Assembly: GCA_964016885.1 (NCBI GenBank)
Contig: OZ024741.1
Location: 281,356,001-281,420,000 of the forward strand
Direction: 5' to 3'
DNA: 64,000 nt
Source of the DNA: Eledone cirrhosa
Taxonomy: Eukaryota
The notes below the pieces were generated by a model, which had not been told where the DNA came from, did no database searches, and saw only the letters and a program-made list of their open reading frames with translations. A program made the position numbers and the translations under genes. Position 1 is the stretch's first letter. Each line of letters starts with the position of its first letter. Shown piece by piece: positions 63,317-64,000 of this stretch.

Positions 63317-64000
63317 TATTATGTATTGACTCCTGATGGAGTCGTAGAGGTACCATAATGAGATACAGCATGTCTTAGGCTTTTTACGGCTGATGAAGCC
63401 CAACCTCTCTTCAGGTCTAAACACAGCTGATTTGTTAGAGAGAGAGAGGGGGTGTAGAGAGAGAGAGGGGGTGTAGAGAGAGAGAGAGAGAGAGAGGGGT
63501 GTGTGGAGAGAGAGAGAGAGGGGTGTGTGTAGAGAGAGAGGGTAGAGAGGGAAGGGGGTAGATATAGAGGGATATATAGAAGAAGAATCAACTCCAGTAT
63601 TTGACTGGTACTTGCTTTTTTAACGACCTCGAAAGGATGATAGGTAAAGTTAATCTCAGCAGGATTTGAAATAGGAGAGTGCAGAGAGCCAGAACGAATA
63701 CTGTAAAGCATTCCAACTGATATTCTAACGACTCAGCCAATTCCCTGCCTGTGGGTAGTTATATTCATTGATAAAAGAAAAAAGAAAATAGTTAACTGAG
63801 AAGAGGGTAAAATAGAAAGCCACAGACAGGCGTAATACTAGAGTTAAGTAGTAAAGAACATGAAATGGAATCCTAGTGTTACATATGGCAGGTTTTCTGA
63901 CAGGAATATAAATAGCAAAAGGTTTCTACTATGTTGATAGAAAATGAAGAATGATAACTACACAGAATGAACTAGTGGAATGACAAAAGTAGTACAGCTG

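Overview
AT-rich, repeat-dense eukaryotic DNA that looks like a coleoid cephalopod, probably Octopus; this is inferred from the SINE/LINE families and microsatellite load, not from a database hit. Most of the window appears to be one very large intron of a minus-strand neuralized-like (NHR-domain) gene. A 120-nt exon at 2423-2542 encodes the end of an NHR domain, and a probable next exon starts at 24. No upstream NHR exons were recognised by eye in the remaining ~61 kb. Instead, two ATG-started, non-repetitive exons (54413-55013 and 58297-58366) end in phase-1 donors compatible with the 2542 acceptor, suggesting internal-promoter short isoforms. The intron holds RTE, CR1-like and Tx1/L1 LINE fragments, tRNA-derived SINEs, a decayed mariner, TTAA-flanked MITEs, a 5.5-kb 58-bp satellite with higher-order structure and several long hairpins. 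It also holds two small repeat families carrying hammerhead ribozyme folds, probably Penelope-like ends; the best copy is at 578-628. Coordinates were read by eye, and repeat boundaries are approximate.
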